Positions 1 to 10,577 are shown, numbered from the stretch's first letter. The stretch is 64,000 bases of DNA from an uncultured Candidatus Bathyarchaeia archaeon (GCA_964480955.1 CAYZRW010000005.1:26279-90278), one strand, 5' to 3'. Numbers and translations are program-made. The notes: generated by a model from the sequence alone, not told the origin.

Positions 1-2
1 TC

Positions 3-236
3 ACTGACGCCTTTACCACTGCCAAGTTCGCCAAGGAAGCAGGCTACGTTCCAGTAGTCTCACATCGATCAGGCGAGACTTGTGGACCAGAAATTGCACA
101 TGTGGCAGTCGCACTCCAAGTTCCAATCATGAAGCTTGGCGTAGTCGGTGGGGAAAGGATTGCAAAGATAAATGAGTTAATAAGGATAGAAGAAGTTCTT
201 GCTGGAAGAGCCAAGATGGCTAACATAGGAGTCTAG
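3..236 (+). CDS. eno: Enolase, C-terminal fragment (5' end lies outside the window)
   Basis: Frame-3 translation gives ...VVSHRSGETCGPEIAHVAVAL...IRIEEVLAGRAKMANIGV*. SHRSGET is the enolase C-terminal signature. The conserved archaeal eno-rps2 neighbourhood is present. Confidence 0.8.
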   Translation, partial: TDAFTTAKFAKEAGYVPVVSHRSGETCGPEIAHVAVALQVPIMKLGVVGGERIAKINELIRIEEVLAGRAKMANIGV

Positions 237-244
237 GTGTCAAG

Positions 245-907
245 ATGAGCTCGACAGAAAGGGAGGAAATGCCCAAGGCTGAGAACCTTCTACAATCCCT
301 AGAGGAGCTTCTGGCAGCCGGCCTTCACATAGGGACGAGAGTAAAGACAGGCGATATGGAGAAGTATATCTTCCGCGTTAGGCCAGATGGGCTATTCATA
401 CTGAACATAGGGAAGACCGATGAGAAGGTCAGGCTGGTTGCAAAATTCATCAGTAGATTTGAACCCTCACGAGTGGTCGTGGTCTCATCAAGACTCTACG
501 GCAGGACTCCCGTAGAGAAATTTTGTGAATTGACAAGGGCCACCCCCATAGTTGGCCGTTTCATGCCCGGATTGATCTCAAACCCGCTTCAACCTAAGCA
601 TATTGAGCCACAACTTGTCATCGTCACAGACCCAAGGGCTGATTTTCAGGCAATAAAGGAAGCTTCGATAGCCGGTGTCCCAGTAGTCGCCCTCTGCGAC
701 ACGGACAACGTCTTGAGCGGTGTCGATTTGGCTATTCCGGTTAACAATAAGGGCCGAAAGGCCCTCGCCATGGTGTTCTGGCTACTTGCTAGGCAAGTCT
801 TGCGTGAGAGGGGAGAGATCCCACCCGATAGGGGAATACCTTTGACGGTAGACGACTTCGAAACCAAGCTCACTGCAATAACTCCAAAGTACGGAGTTGA
901 AGATTGA
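245..907 (+). CDS. rps2: 30S ribosomal protein S2 (uS2)
   Basis: The 220-aa ORF has a typical uS2 sequence (LLAAGLHIGT..., VVVVSSR..., DTDN). It sits downstream of eno as in most archaea. Confidence 0.9.
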   Translation: MSSTEREEMPKAENLLQSLEELLAAGLHIGTRVKTGDMEKYIFRVRPDGLFILNIGKTDEKVRLVAKFISRFEPSRVVVVSSRLYGRTPVEKFCELTRATPIVGRFMPGLISNPLQPKHIEPQLVIVTDPRADFQAIKEASIAGVPVVALCDTDNVLSGVDLAIPVNNKGRKALAMVFWLLARQVLRERGEIPPDRGIPLTVDDFETKLTAITPKYGVED

Positions 908-1752
908 GGACGCGTAAGCCAGCCCAGGCCGGCATGTTCTACGCGGGGTCGAGTGCTGCTCTCAGACAGGAGATTGAGGGGTGCTTCAAACATCGACTTG
1001 GACCGGGAAGGTTGCCAGATAAGAAACAGAAGGGTCTATCTGGATTAGTCGCTTTGGTCTCTCCACATGCTGGCTACATGTACTCGGGCCCCGTAGCGGC
1101 CGCCGCATACTCTGAACTTGCAGACAACGGTACACCAACCAGGGTAGTAATTATTGGACCTAACCACACGGGGATGGGCAGCGGCGTCTCATTGATGAAT
1201 GAAGGTAAATGGGCTACGCCACTTGGCGAGATCCAAATAGACTCGCCGCTGGCAAACTTGATCCTCGAGAATGCACCGATAATTGATGTGGACGACAAGG
1301 CCCACATCTACGAGCACTCTATTGAAGTTCAGCTGCCTTTTCTCCAGTACCTCTACGACAACGCTTTCACGTTCGTTCCAATATGCATGATGATCCAAGA
1401 CCTCGAAACGGGTAGAGAAATTGGTGAAGCAATCGCCAAAGCGGCAAGTGAACCCACAGACCTCGTTGTGGCTTCATCAGACATGACACACTATGAACCT
1501 CACAAAGCTGCAAGTGAGAAAGACATGAAGGTAATTCAAGCAATTGAGAAGCTAGATGAGAGGTTGCTGGATCAGGTGGTAGAGTCCAGCGCTGTCTCAG
1601 TATGCGGAATAGGACCTATTGTCGCTGCAATAGTCTACTCTAAGAGGCGCGGGATCAATAGAGCCAAGCTACTATCATATAGAACGAGTGGAGATATCTC
1701 TGGAGACTACTCTTCGGTCGTCGGTTACGCGGCGATATCTTTCGGAGGATAG
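904..1752 (+). CDS. MEMO1-family protein (AmmeMemoRadiSam system protein B-like)
   Basis: The 282-aa ORF has MEMO1-like motifs (MFYAGS..., VSPHAGYMYSG, IIGPNHTG). It is placed between rps2 and mvk. Confidence 0.7.
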   Translation: MRTRKPAQAGMFYAGSSAALRQEIEGCFKHRLGPGRLPDKKQKGLSGLVALVSPHAGYMYSGPVAAAAYSELADNGTPTRVVIIGPNHTGMGSGVSLMNEGKWATPLGEIQIDSPLANLILENAPIIDVDDKAHIYEHSIEVQLPFLQYLYDNAFTFVPICMMIQDLETGREIGEAIAKAASEPTDLVVASSDMTHYEPHKAASEKDMKVIQAIEKLDERLLDQVVESSAVSVCGIGPIVAAIVYSKRRGINRAKLLSYRTSGDISGDYSSVVGYAAISFGG

Positions 1753-1764
1753 CCCCACAACTCC

Positions 1765-2775
1765 TTGGCAGGAGACTCAACAATGACTGTTGCCTACGCC
1801 CCTGCCAAGATCATCATAACAGGCGAGCACTTTGTGGTTCATGGACAACCAGCCCTAGCTGCAGCGGTCAACCTCTACTCGAAAGCATCCGTAGAACCAG
1901 GCCCCCCGAAAATGATCGAAATATCCTCTCCATCACTGGGAGTTGTTGAGACCACCTCAATCAATACATCGAATGAGAAAAACCTCCCGACACGTGGAGG
2001 GTCTATTCTTGAACCTCTCAGACTTGTCGTAGAGAGAGTTATGGAGAAGGCTGGACAGAGAGAGGTTGGGCTAAGACTTCAGGTCGCCTCTCAAATACCT
2101 GTGGGAGTCGGCCTAGGCTCGTCGGCCTCAACAGCGGTCTCAACCGCGGCAGCAGTAGCCAAGTTCCTGAACCTTGAACTTGATAAACGCGAGATTTGTG
2201 AACTCGCCCTGGTGCAAGAACGATTCATACATAAGAAACCTTCAGGCATAGACCCCACAACTGCGGCTTATGGAGGAATGATTCTGTTTAAGGTGGGAGA
2301 ACCTCCAATACACATCCGCCCCTGCAACCAAATAGGCATAGTGATAGGGAATACTGGAACAGCGAGGTCTACAGGCGAGCTCGTTACAAAGGTAAGTAGA
2401 CGTGTCGAAGGGGGGGATGCCGACCTGGGAAGGATTACTCATTCAGCTGGCCAACTCACCCTCAAGGCAGTAGAGGCGTACAAGGAAAGAGACTTTAATG
2501 GACTAGGAAGAATAATGAATGAAAACCACAAGCTGCTCATGCAGATAGGTATCTCAACACCTCAAATTGATAGACTGGTTGAGGGTGCCCGGGACGCTGG
2601 TGCATTAGGAGCGAAACTGACAGGAGCGGGAGGAGGAGGGTGCATGATAGCTCTTTCAAGGCTCGAAGATAGAGATAAGATTGCAGAGGCTATAGTTGAG
2701 GCTGGTGGGCAACCGTATCTTGTTGAGATAGACCGATTCGGTGTTAGAAGCAATGTTGACAAGCCGAAGAAATAG
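1765..2775 (+). CDS. mvk: Mevalonate kinase (GHMP kinase family)
   Basis: N-terminal APAKIIITGEHFVVHG and the GHMP ATP-binding motif PVGVGLGSSAS. The C-terminal KLTGAGGGGC motif is also present. Confidence 0.85.
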   Translation: MAGDSTMTVAYAPAKIIITGEHFVVHGQPALAAAVNLYSKASVEPGPPKMIEISSPSLGVVETTSINTSNEKNLPTRGGSILEPLRLVVERVMEKAGQREVGLRLQVASQIPVGVGLGSSASTAVSTAAAVAKFLNLELDKREICELALVQERFIHKKPSGIDPTTAAYGGMILFKVGEPPIHIRPCNQIGIVIGNTGTARSTGELVTKVSRRVEGGDADLGRITHSAGQLTLKAVEAYKERDFNGLGRIMNENHKLLMQIGISTPQIDRLVEGARDAGALGAKLTGAGGGGCMIALSRLEDRDKIAEAIVEAGGQPYLVEIDRFGVRSNVDKPKK

Positions 2776-2852
2776 GATCGTCCTCAGATCCGTGACATCT
2801 CAGTAGGATCTGCCCCCGCTGAACAAGCCTACGCTTTTGAAGAGGGACAGAA

Positions 2853-3959
2853 GTGTCAAGGAAGATTGAAGAGAGGAAGAAAGGCCACCTAGAGATATCT
2901 CTTAGAAAGAATGTGGAGGCAGATATTGGGGCTGGATTTGATGATGTTATCTTGATTCACAAGGCCCTTCCAGAGATCTCACGCTCAGACATAGACATAT
3001 CGACGGAACTCTTCGGCCGCACTCTAAAAGCCCCACTGATACTGGGGTCTATGACCGGAGGGGTCGCTGAAGCAACCAAGATAAACAGGCTCCTAGGGGA
3101 GTGTGCTGAACACCATGGATTGGCCATCGGCGTTGGAAGTCAAAGAGCGGCAATAGAGAACCCTAAACTGGTAGGAACCTACAGTGTAGTCAGAGAAACT
3201 GCACCGACAGCCTTCGTCTTCGCAAACCTAGGTTGCCCACAATTCGCTTCTGGTTATGATATTGAAGAAGCCAAGAATGCCGTGGAGATGATTCAAGCAG
3301 ACGCTCTTCTGGTACACGCCAACCCACTCCAAGAGTCGATTCAGTTAGAGGGAGAGCCAAACTTCAGGGGAGTCCTTTCAAAGATCAAAGTGCTCGCCTC
3401 AGAGTTAGACGTTCCCGTAGTCGTCAAGGAGACTGGATCTGGGATCTCTGGCGAGGTTGCCTCCCAGATCGAGAGAGCAGGCGCCAAAGGAGTTGATGTC
3501 GCTGGAGCAGGTGGAACAAGCTGGGCTAAGGTCGAGTACTTCAGAGCAGTCCAGGTAGGCGACAGGCTTCAACAAACCCTCGGAAGGACTTTTCGAAATT
3601 GGGGGATACCAACGTGTGCAAGCATTGTGGAAGCCTCGGGCTCTACTAGACTGACGGTGATTTCGTCAGGAGGCATAAGAAGCGGACTCGACATTGCAAA
3701 GTCAATAGCACTGGGCGCTGTAGCAGGAGGAGTAGCCCTACCTTTCCTAAAGGCTGCGGCCCGAGGCAGAAAGTATCTGAATGAAAAAGTAGAAACCTTC
3801 CTTGAGGAAATGCGAACAGCCATGTTCCTAGTTGGGGTGAGAAACCTCGACGAATTGCGACATGCACCACTTGTTCTTAGCGGCGGGATAGCTCATTGGC
3901 TGAATGAGCGAGGGTACAACAGCACTCAATATGCCAGACGAGGGCCTCCCCACCCATAA
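2853..3959 (+). CDS. fni: Isopentenyl-diphosphate delta-isomerase, type 2 (FMN-dependent)
   Basis: 368 aa with GSMTGG, VVVKETGSGIS and GAGGTSWA motifs typical of IDI-2. Confidence 0.85.
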   Translation: MSRKIEERKKGHLEISLRKNVEADIGAGFDDVILIHKALPEISRSDIDISTELFGRTLKAPLILGSMTGGVAEATKINRLLGECAEHHGLAIGVGSQRAAIENPKLVGTYSVVRETAPTAFVFANLGCPQFASGYDIEEAKNAVEMIQADALLVHANPLQESIQLEGEPNFRGVLSKIKVLASELDVPVVVKETGSGISGEVASQIERAGAKGVDVAGAGGTSWAKVEYFRAVQVGDRLQQTLGRTFRNWGIPTCASIVEASGSTRLTVISSGGIRSGLDIAKSIALGAVAGGVALPFLKAAARGRKYLNEKVETFLEEMRTAMFLVGVRNLDELRHAPLVLSGGIAHWLNERGYNSTQYARRGPPHP

Positions 3960-4004
3960 GCTGAAGTCCCAACAAATCAACCCTATCTTTTTTATTGTCG
4001 AGAT

Positions 4005-5301
4005 GCAGTTACCTAGACTTCAGCCAGAGATGTCTGCAATGAGAAGCTCCCAAATCCCAGGTTTTTATAATCTATCTCCAGCTGAGCGACTCAAGATAGT
4101 CAAGGAGTTTGCCTCCCTCAGTGATGAGGATGTACAGGCTCTTCAGTCAACGGGCTCCTTGGACATTAAACTCGCAAACCGTATGATAGAAAACGTAGTC
4201 GGAGTTATGCCAGTCACCCTTGGGATAGCCACCAATTTCATCATGAATGGAAAAGACTACCTTGTCCCAATGGCGATCGAGGAGCCGTCGGTTGTGGCTG
4301 CCGCTAGCAACTCTGCAAAAATGGCCAGGCCCAAAGGCGGCTTCACCACAAGCAGTACACAACCCTTGATGATTGGTCAGATACAGATCCTAAACGTTCC
4401 AGACCCACATGGGGCGAGGATGTCTCTGCTCTCGGCCAAAGAGGAGATCTTGAGGAAGGCAAACGAACAAGACCCTATCTTGGTCTCAAAGGGTGGAGGG
4501 GCGAAGGATGTGCGGTGCAAGGTTGTCAATACGATTGTTGGAGATATTGTTGTGGTGGAGCTTCTTGTGGATTGCAGGGACGCAATGGGCGCTAATGCCG
4601 TCAACACCATGGCTGAGGCTGTAGCCCCAACTGTCGAGACAATTTCTGGGGGAAGAGTATACCTAAGGATCATCTCAAACTTGGCCACCGAGAGGCTGGC
4701 GCGCGCGAAAGCAACCTTCTCAAAGTCCGCCCTAGGTGGAGAAGAGGTTGTAGATGGAATAATAAACGCCTACGCCTTCGCGCTAGCAGACCCATACCGT
4801 TGCGCAACACACAACAAAGGCATAATGAACGGGATCTCCGCAGTCGTATTAGCAACCGGAAACGATACAAGAGCTGTTGAGGCAGGTGCACACAGCTACG
4901 CCGCACTTCACGGAAAATATAGGCCACTCACAACATGGGAGAAGAACCGTGAGGGAGATCTGGTAGGCACGATTGAACTTCCAATGGCTGTCGGACTGAT
5001 TGGTGGTGCCACAGCTACCCACCCAATAGCCAAGATATCGGTAAAGATTCTCGGTGTAAAGACCGCGTCAGAACTTGCCCAAGTAATTGCGGCTGTCGGT
5101 CTAGCGCAAAACCTCGCCGCTCTTAGAGCCCTTGCAACAGAAGGCATACAGAGAGGTCACATGACCCTTCATGCTCGAAATGTAGCTTCAATGGCCGGCG
5201 CAACTGGAGAAATGATAGATAGGGTTGCTGACATAATGGTTAAGGAGCGAAAAGTGAGGATGGACAGGGCTAAAGAAATCATTGAGGAACTTGGGCGGTA
5301 A
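4005..5301 (+). CDS. hmgA: HMG-CoA reductase (class I, archaeal type)
   Basis: Conserved ENVVG, DAMGANAVNTM and GTVGG-like regions. The start is placed at the ATG at 4005; the ORF track begins it at 3904, overlapping fni. Confidence 0.85.
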
Positions 5302-5335
5302 TCTCTACCGGAGTTAATAGTCTCGATCAAGCGAC

Positions 5336-6205
5336 TTATACGCTGTTGATGCTTCCAGCAACAAATGCGAGAAGACCGAGAAACATCCAGATCAGACTCT
5401 TATTTTTTATCCGCTTGGCGTTTGCGCGGTCATGTTTTCTCATCAGGGAGATGCCTGAGGACACAAATCCAATGTCAGAGATCAAGACCAGAGGGAGATA
5501 CGCCATACCCACCAAACTCAGTGCAGGTGGCATGGAACTCAAACCAACAGCAACGAAGTAGAGTGTAGCCGCAAGCTGCGAGGCCTTTCTAGAACCGTAG
5601 GCCACAGCAACCGTATTGACCATTCTTGAACGGTCACCTTCGATATCAACTATGCCCTTGGCCACCTCTCTGCCGAGGTTGGCTGTGAAAGACATTAGTG
5701 CAAAAAATACGAGGACAAAGGTTATCTTTCCAACGACTGCTCCACCGAATATGAAAGGGAGGCCTATACAAGTGCTCACCAGCACATTCCCGAATAGACC
5801 GGTCTTCTTTCCGCGAGTGTTATAGAATAACATCAATGAGAAGGCAAAGACAGCTATCGCAAAGCTACAAATGTTAAGCAATGCTGAAGCCGCCAACCCC
5901 ATCGCGCCGGCAATTACTCCGATCATAAGCGCTTGGTGGGGTGTGAGGCTACCTAAAGGCAATGGCTTACTTGGACTGTTGATTCTGTCGATTTCAAGGT
6001 CATAATAATCGTTAATCGCCATGGTCCCCGCCATTAAGAAAGAGGCGGCAGAAGCGCCTAGAAGAGCCTCATGTAGCAGGGGGATCTTCCCAAGCGTGAT
6101 TAGTTCTCCAACTACTACGGCAAAGCCTATCATAAAGCAGTTGATAGGTCTAATTATACTGAGAGTTGCGACTAACCTTGAAAGCCAAGCCGTCTTGTGT
6201 ATCAA
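5336..6205 (-). CDS. UbiA-family prenyltransferase, probable digeranylgeranylglyceryl phosphate synthase (DGGGPS)
   Basis: 289 aa and polytopic. It carries the UbiA NDYYDLEIDRIN Asp-rich motif. It is divergent from the GGGPS gene inside the lipid cluster. Confidence 0.7.
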   Translation of the reverse strand: MIHKTAWLSRLVATLSIIRPINCFMIGFAVVVGELITLGKIPLLHEALLGASAASFLMAGTMAINDYYDLEIDRINSPSKPLPLGSLTPHQALMIGVIAGAMGLAASALLNICSFAIAVFAFSLMLFYNTRGKKTGLFGNVLVSTCIGLPFIFGGAVVGKITFVLVFFALMSFTANLGREVAKGIVDIEGDRSRMVNTVAVAYGSRKASQLAATLYFVAVGLSSMPPALSLVGMAYLPLVLISDIGFVSSGISLMRKHDRANAKRIKNKSLIWMFLGLLAFVAGSINSV

Positions 6206-6411
6206 AGTCTTGATGCAACCTTGAACTTAAGTATCTGCATGATTGATGCATTTCGATGCCTAAATGAATTTTGGAGATAATGATTTAACTAGCTCAGGTC
6301 AATACAAACGTAGAAAAATCCAGTCTGTGCTCCAACAGCCCTGGATCAATGATATAGCAATATATCTGCTAAGCCTAATATGGAAAAGCCACCATTGTGA
6401 GATGAAGGACT

Positions 6412-7164
6412 TTGAACGGTAAGGTTGAGAAACATCTTCTGAACGCAATGGCAAAGGACGGGGCGATTCACCTTTCGCTGATAGATCCAGAAAACACCAC
6501 CGGTGAACTTGCTGGCGAGCTTGCTCGTAAACTTCAGGAACTGGGCTCGTCCGCGATTATGGTTGGAGGAAGTACTGTAGTCTCCCCACGCGACTTGGAT
6601 GATGTAGTGAAGGCAATTAAGAGAAGCACCAATCTTCCTACAATCTTGTTTCCCAACGGTATAACAGGGATCAGTGAATATGCTGACGCCATCTTCTTCG
6701 CTACACTGATGAATTCTCTTAACCCCTATTATATCACAGGCGTCCAAGCGTTGGGCGCCCCACTGGTGAAGCGTTACGGCTTGGAACCCATACCCATGGG
6801 ATACATAATAATCGGAGCAGGCACAGGTGCCGCCGGATTCGTAGGCCAAGCTGCACCTGTGCCTCCAGACAAGCCTGAGTTGGCATCAATATATGCGCTT
6901 GCGGCCCAGTACCTCGGTATGCGTTTTGTCTATCTCGAAGCTGGATCAGGATCAGAAAAACCTGTGCCCGCAGAAATGGTTAGGCATGTGAAGAAATCTA
7001 CCGATGTGAAATTGATTGTGGGTGGCGGAATAAGGGTGCCTGAGCAAGCTTTGGAAATTGCAACGGCCGGTGCCGATGCAATTGTTACGGGAACGGTCAT
7101 TGAACGTTCTTCCATTGAGAGTACTGGAAAGCTGATTGAAGTCTTGCGGAAACGTCCAAACTGA
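6412..7164 (+). CDS. Geranylgeranylglyceryl phosphate synthase (GGGPS, PcrB family)
   Basis: 250 aa with the FYLEAGSG and VGGGIR motifs of PcrB/GGGPS TIM-barrel enzymes. Confidence 0.8.
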   Translation: MNGKVEKHLLNAMAKDGAIHLSLIDPENTTGELAGELARKLQELGSSAIMVGGSTVVSPRDLDDVVKAIKRSTNLPTILFPNGITGISEYADAIFFATLMNSLNPYYITGVQALGAPLVKRYGLEPIPMGYIIIGAGTGAAGFVGQAAPVPPDKPELASIYALAAQYLGMRFVYLEAGSGSEKPVPAEMVRHVKKSTDVKLIVGGGIRVPEQALEIATAGADAIVTGTVIERSSIESTGKLIEVLRKRPN

Positions 7165-8989
7165 TTCAGAGGCCCCCTCATTGGATCATAGAAGCTTCCT
7201 TTCCATAGGTAAGATAATCCCTTACTACAAGTTTGCTCGTACGCTAGCCTTTCCTTCATTGTTCAGAATAGTTGTTGTACTCTTCATCGTGACACTAGTG
7301 GGATGCATGTTAGCCTTTACGTTTCATAATCAGGCTTGGGAGACGGTTGCTCAGGGTCTAGCCTTTGGTTTTTTTGTACTTTTTGTACCTACAATCTTAG
7401 CGGACACAGTCTCCTCTAGGGTACTCGTTAGAGGAGATCCACTGTTCTATCTTCGAAGATGCCTTGCCCTATCTCTGTTCTCATGCACGGTCTGGACCGT
7501 AATACTGGCTCTCGGGGCACTTGGCGGCAACCTGACGAACATAGATTTTCCTCAGCAGCCATTCTATCTTGCCTTGTTCACAGTTCTCCCGTTGAGGTCT
7601 CTTGCTACTCTTTCGATGTCTTCAACGAGGATGCCGAACAAAGTCCTATTCTCCTTTTCACAGCCATTGGCATCCTCCTTTGCAGCAACAATGCTGTTTG
7701 GATTGAGTGTGCCACTACTTGCGAAGGGCTTCTTCGCCGCAGGTGCATTATCGCTTGTGTCTGTAGTCTCGCTTTTGGTACTCGTCGAGAATAAGGGCAA
7801 AAGAATGGTTAGAGCGTCCCCGTTGCGAGTTTTTAGAGCGTTCTTGGTTGACTGGCTCAACAGGAAGAATGAGATGTTTGAGAGGTTCTTGGAGGAGATT
7901 GGAACTGAGAGCAAGGTCGAGGTAACCATGGTCCAGTTTAACAGTAGGTCAGACGGCCAACCTAAAGGACTATTTGTAGTTTCAAATTTTCATCCTGGGC
8001 CTTTTCTGAATGTTGGAAGCAGCGTACTTCCATATATGATCAAGAAGAGTTTTGAGGGTGACGGCAATCTTGTTGCGGCCGTACCCCACGGAGTGTCCGG
8101 GCATGAGAACAATTTGGTTTCTCAAACCCAGAATGCAAAAGTGCTTTCGGCAATAAGGTCGCTGCTTGGTACTTCTGATTATGGTGATAAAGGATCAAGT
8201 TTTGGAAGATTTGAAGTTGGATCAGCCAAGGTTGGCGCTCAAGTCTTTGGCAACTGTCTACTGCTCACCCTCACTCAATCGCCAAAAGAAATGGAAGACA
8301 TACCCTCCAAACTGGGGAGGGAGCTGACGCAGCTTGCCAAGAAGAGATTCAAGCACGTAGCAATAATTGATTCACACAATTGCATTGACGACGTTAAGAT
8401 GTTCACTGACATAGAGATTGAAGATTTGAGATTAGCTGCGTCTCAAGCCATCGAGTATTCTGCAAAATCGAAAACCGTCAGTCTCGAAATGGGTGCTGCA
8501 AGAAGTGCCTTTGAAGGTCTTGGCCCCGAAGAAGGCTGTGGACCCGGCGGAATAAGCGCGTTCATATTCAAGACTTCTGATCATCTTACTGCTTACGTAA
8601 CCTTCGACGCTAACAATATGCTTTTGGGACTAAGGGAGAGAATTCTCTCTTCTTTGGAGAGCATCGGTGTCGACGACGGCGAGATCATGACGACTGACAC
8701 CCACATCGTCAATGGACTTGTACCTGCAAGACTCGGCTATTACCCCCTGGGAGAGGCCGTCGATCAAGAAATCTTAGTTGAACTGGTAAGGAAGACTGTT
8801 GAAAGAGCCAAAGACAATCTTGAAGGAGTCAGCGTCTCATGTTCCTCGGGAAGTGTTGAGGTAAAGAGTCTGGGCTCAGAATCGCTTGAGAGTCTCACAG
8901 TCTTCATGTATAGGATGGCGAAACTTGTCGCGGCCTACATGTCGATATTCTTTCTAATCTCGAATGTCATAGGAATTCTTCTTGGTTGA
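7136..8989 (+). CDS. DUF2070-family membrane protein (N-terminal polytopic domain plus a large soluble domain)
   Basis: 617-aa ORF with multiple N-terminal transmembrane segments followed by a roughly 350-aa soluble domain. Its function is unknown. It lies inside the lipid gene cluster. Confidence 0.5.
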   Translation: MKSCGNVQTDSEAPSLDHRSFLSIGKIIPYYKFARTLAFPSLFRIVVVLFIVTLVGCMLAFTFHNQAWETVAQGLAFGFFVLFVPTILADTVSSRVLVRGDPLFYLRRCLALSLFSCTVWTVILALGALGGNLTNIDFPQQPFYLALFTVLPLRSLATLSMSSTRMPNKVLFSFSQPLASSFAATMLFGLSVPLLAKGFFAAGALSLVSVVSLLVLVENKGKRMVRASPLRVFRAFLVDWLNRKNEMFERFLEEIGTESKVEVTMVQFNSRSDGQPKGLFVVSNFHPGPFLNVGSSVLPYMIKKSFEGDGNLVAAVPHGVSGHENNLVSQTQNAKVLSAIRSLLGTSDYGDKGSSFGRFEVGSAKVGAQVFGNCLLLTLTQSPKEMEDIPSKLGRELTQLAKKRFKHVAIIDSHNCIDDVKMFTDIEIEDLRLAASQAIEYSAKSKTVSLEMGAARSAFEGLGPEEGCGPGGISAFIFKTSDHLTAYVTFDANNMLLGLRERILSSLESIGVDDGEIMTTDTHIVNGLVPARLGYYPLGEAVDQEILVELVRKTVERAKDNLEGVSVSCSSGSVEVKSLGSESLESLTVFMYRMAKLVAAYMSIFFLISNVIGILLG

Positions 8990-9001
8990 GAGGTTGATGA
9001 C

Positions 9002-10054
9002 TTGCGTCTTCACCATATGCAACTTCCTCGTGAAGTGATAGTTGGGACTGACATCATTAACATGCTAGGGCAAGTCTGCCAGAAACTTGGTTTTACAGGA
9101 AGTGTCTTGATAGTGACGGGCCCGAAGATCAGCGCTCTGGCTCAAGAGGATGTGGCCCCCTCCCTTCAAGAAGCTTCCTTATCTGTCAACTACTTTATAG
9201 TCCGGGACTCAACAATGGCCTACGTCAAGATGGCTGAGGAGAAGATTATCCAGTATAAGCCATCGGTTGTCATAGGCCTAGGTGGCGGTAAAGATATCGA
9301 TATCGCCAAGCTGTCGTCGGCGAAAAAGACCATACCTTTCATCAGTGTACCTACCGCAGCATCCCACGACGGGATAGCTAGTTCACATGCCTCAATTAAG
9401 GGGCTGGACAAGCCATACTCGCTCAGAGGGCAGGCGCCCCTTGCCATCCTTGCTGATATTGCGGTGATCTCAAAGTCGCCATACAGGTTGATAGCTAGTG
9501 GATGTGGAGACATCATAGCCAAGTATACTGCGGTGAGAGACTGGAAACTCGCCCACAGAGTAAAAGGGGAGTACTACGGCGACTATGCTGCTGAGCTGGC
9601 GCTTATGAGCGCCAGACTGGTCATGCGAAATGCAAAAGCCATAAGAAAACTAAGTGAGGAGGCTGTAAGGACTGTTGTCGAGGCCCTGATAAGTTGCGGC
9701 GTGGCCATGAGCATAGCCGGAAGCAGTAGGCCCTGCAGCGGCTCTGAGCACATGTTCAGCCACGCCTTAACAATGGTGGCGCCTAATCCAGCGCTTCACG
9801 GTGAGCAGTGTGGTGTGGGTGCAATAATGAGTGCCTACCTTCAAAAAGCAAACTGGAGGCTCCTGAGGGCCATGTTGAGGAAGATCGGGGCTCCCACAAC
9901 CGCTACTGAATTGGGAATAGATGAGAAATACGTCATTGAGGCTCTCACAATGGTTCACAAAGTGAGGCCTGAGAGATATACAGTATTTGGTGAAGAAGGC
10001 CTCTCCGTCAATCAGGCTAAGAGACTCGCTAGGAGGTCCGGGGTTATATCTTAG
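9002..10054 (+). CDS. egsA: Glycerol-1-phosphate dehydrogenase [NAD(P)+]
   Basis: 350-aa iron-containing ADH/DHQS-like fold with GLGGGKDIDIAK, SVPTAASHDG and HMFSHAL motifs typical of G1PDH. Confidence 0.85.
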   Translation: MRLHHMQLPREVIVGTDIINMLGQVCQKLGFTGSVLIVTGPKISALAQEDVAPSLQEASLSVNYFIVRDSTMAYVKMAEEKIIQYKPSVVIGLGGGKDIDIAKLSSAKKTIPFISVPTAASHDGIASSHASIKGLDKPYSLRGQAPLAILADIAVISKSPYRLIASGCGDIIAKYTAVRDWKLAHRVKGEYYGDYAAELALMSARLVMRNAKAIRKLSEEAVRTVVEALISCGVAMSIAGSSRPCSGSEHMFSHALTMVAPNPALHGEQCGVGAIMSAYLQKANWRLLRAMLRKIGAPTTATELGIDEKYVIEALTMVHKVRPERYTVFGEEGLSVNQAKRLARRSGVIS

Positions 10055-10083
10055 CGGAGTGCTAATTCACGTGTTGGACTAAG

Positions 10084-10308
10084 CTAGGTGCTTGCTAAGG
10101 TCTCAGTACTCCTGACATCTCTTATACCGTTTATCTCAGCTGTAATGGTCTTGAGCTCCCTGTACTCTGAAAACTCCATAAAGGCAACGATGTCCCATCG
10201 CCCATAAACCATATACGCCTTCTTGACTTGCTTAAACTTCTTCACTTCTAGTAGAGTCTGATCTATTCTTGTCGGAATGGTCTTTATCAAAACACATGCA
10301 TTCAACAT
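10084..10308 (-). CDS. Stand-alone Lrp/AsnC C-terminal (RAM) domain protein
   Basis: 74 aa with a βαββαβ RAM-domain-like sequence (VLIKT..., YMVYGRWDIVAFMEF...) and no HTH. Confidence 0.55.
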   Translation of the reverse strand: MLNACVLIKTIPTRIDQTLLEVKKFKQVKKAYMVYGRWDIVAFMEFSEYRELKTITAEINGIRDVRSTETLAST

Positions 10309-10310
10309 GG

Positions 10311-10577
10311 CTACTCACCAGCGGTTTTTATCTCAGGCAACGTCTCAGTAAATACGACGCCTCCAATCTTCCCCATTTTCATAACAGTCTTTCCTAGACT
10401 ATCATAGTTAGAGACTTCAATATCCACGACCACGTCGTATCTGCCTAGAACGGCCATGACGCTCCTTGTCTCTTTGAATTGCTTCATTCGCTCCATGACC
10501 TCATCAAACCTTCCCCGTTCAGTCCGTATCAAGATACATGCGGCTATCATACGTCCACCCTCTGTATGGTTGCCCAA
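10311..10577 (-). CDS. Stand-alone Lrp/AsnC C-terminal (RAM) domain protein
   Basis: 88 aa and paralogous to the neighbouring gene (ILIRTERGRFDEVMERMK..., MAVLGRYDVVVDIEV). It is arranged in tandem with 10084..10308. Confidence 0.55.
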   Translation of the reverse strand: MGNHTEGGRMIAACILIRTERGRFDEVMERMKQFKETRSVMAVLGRYDVVVDIEVSNYDSLGKTVMKMGKIGGVVFTETLPEIKTAGE

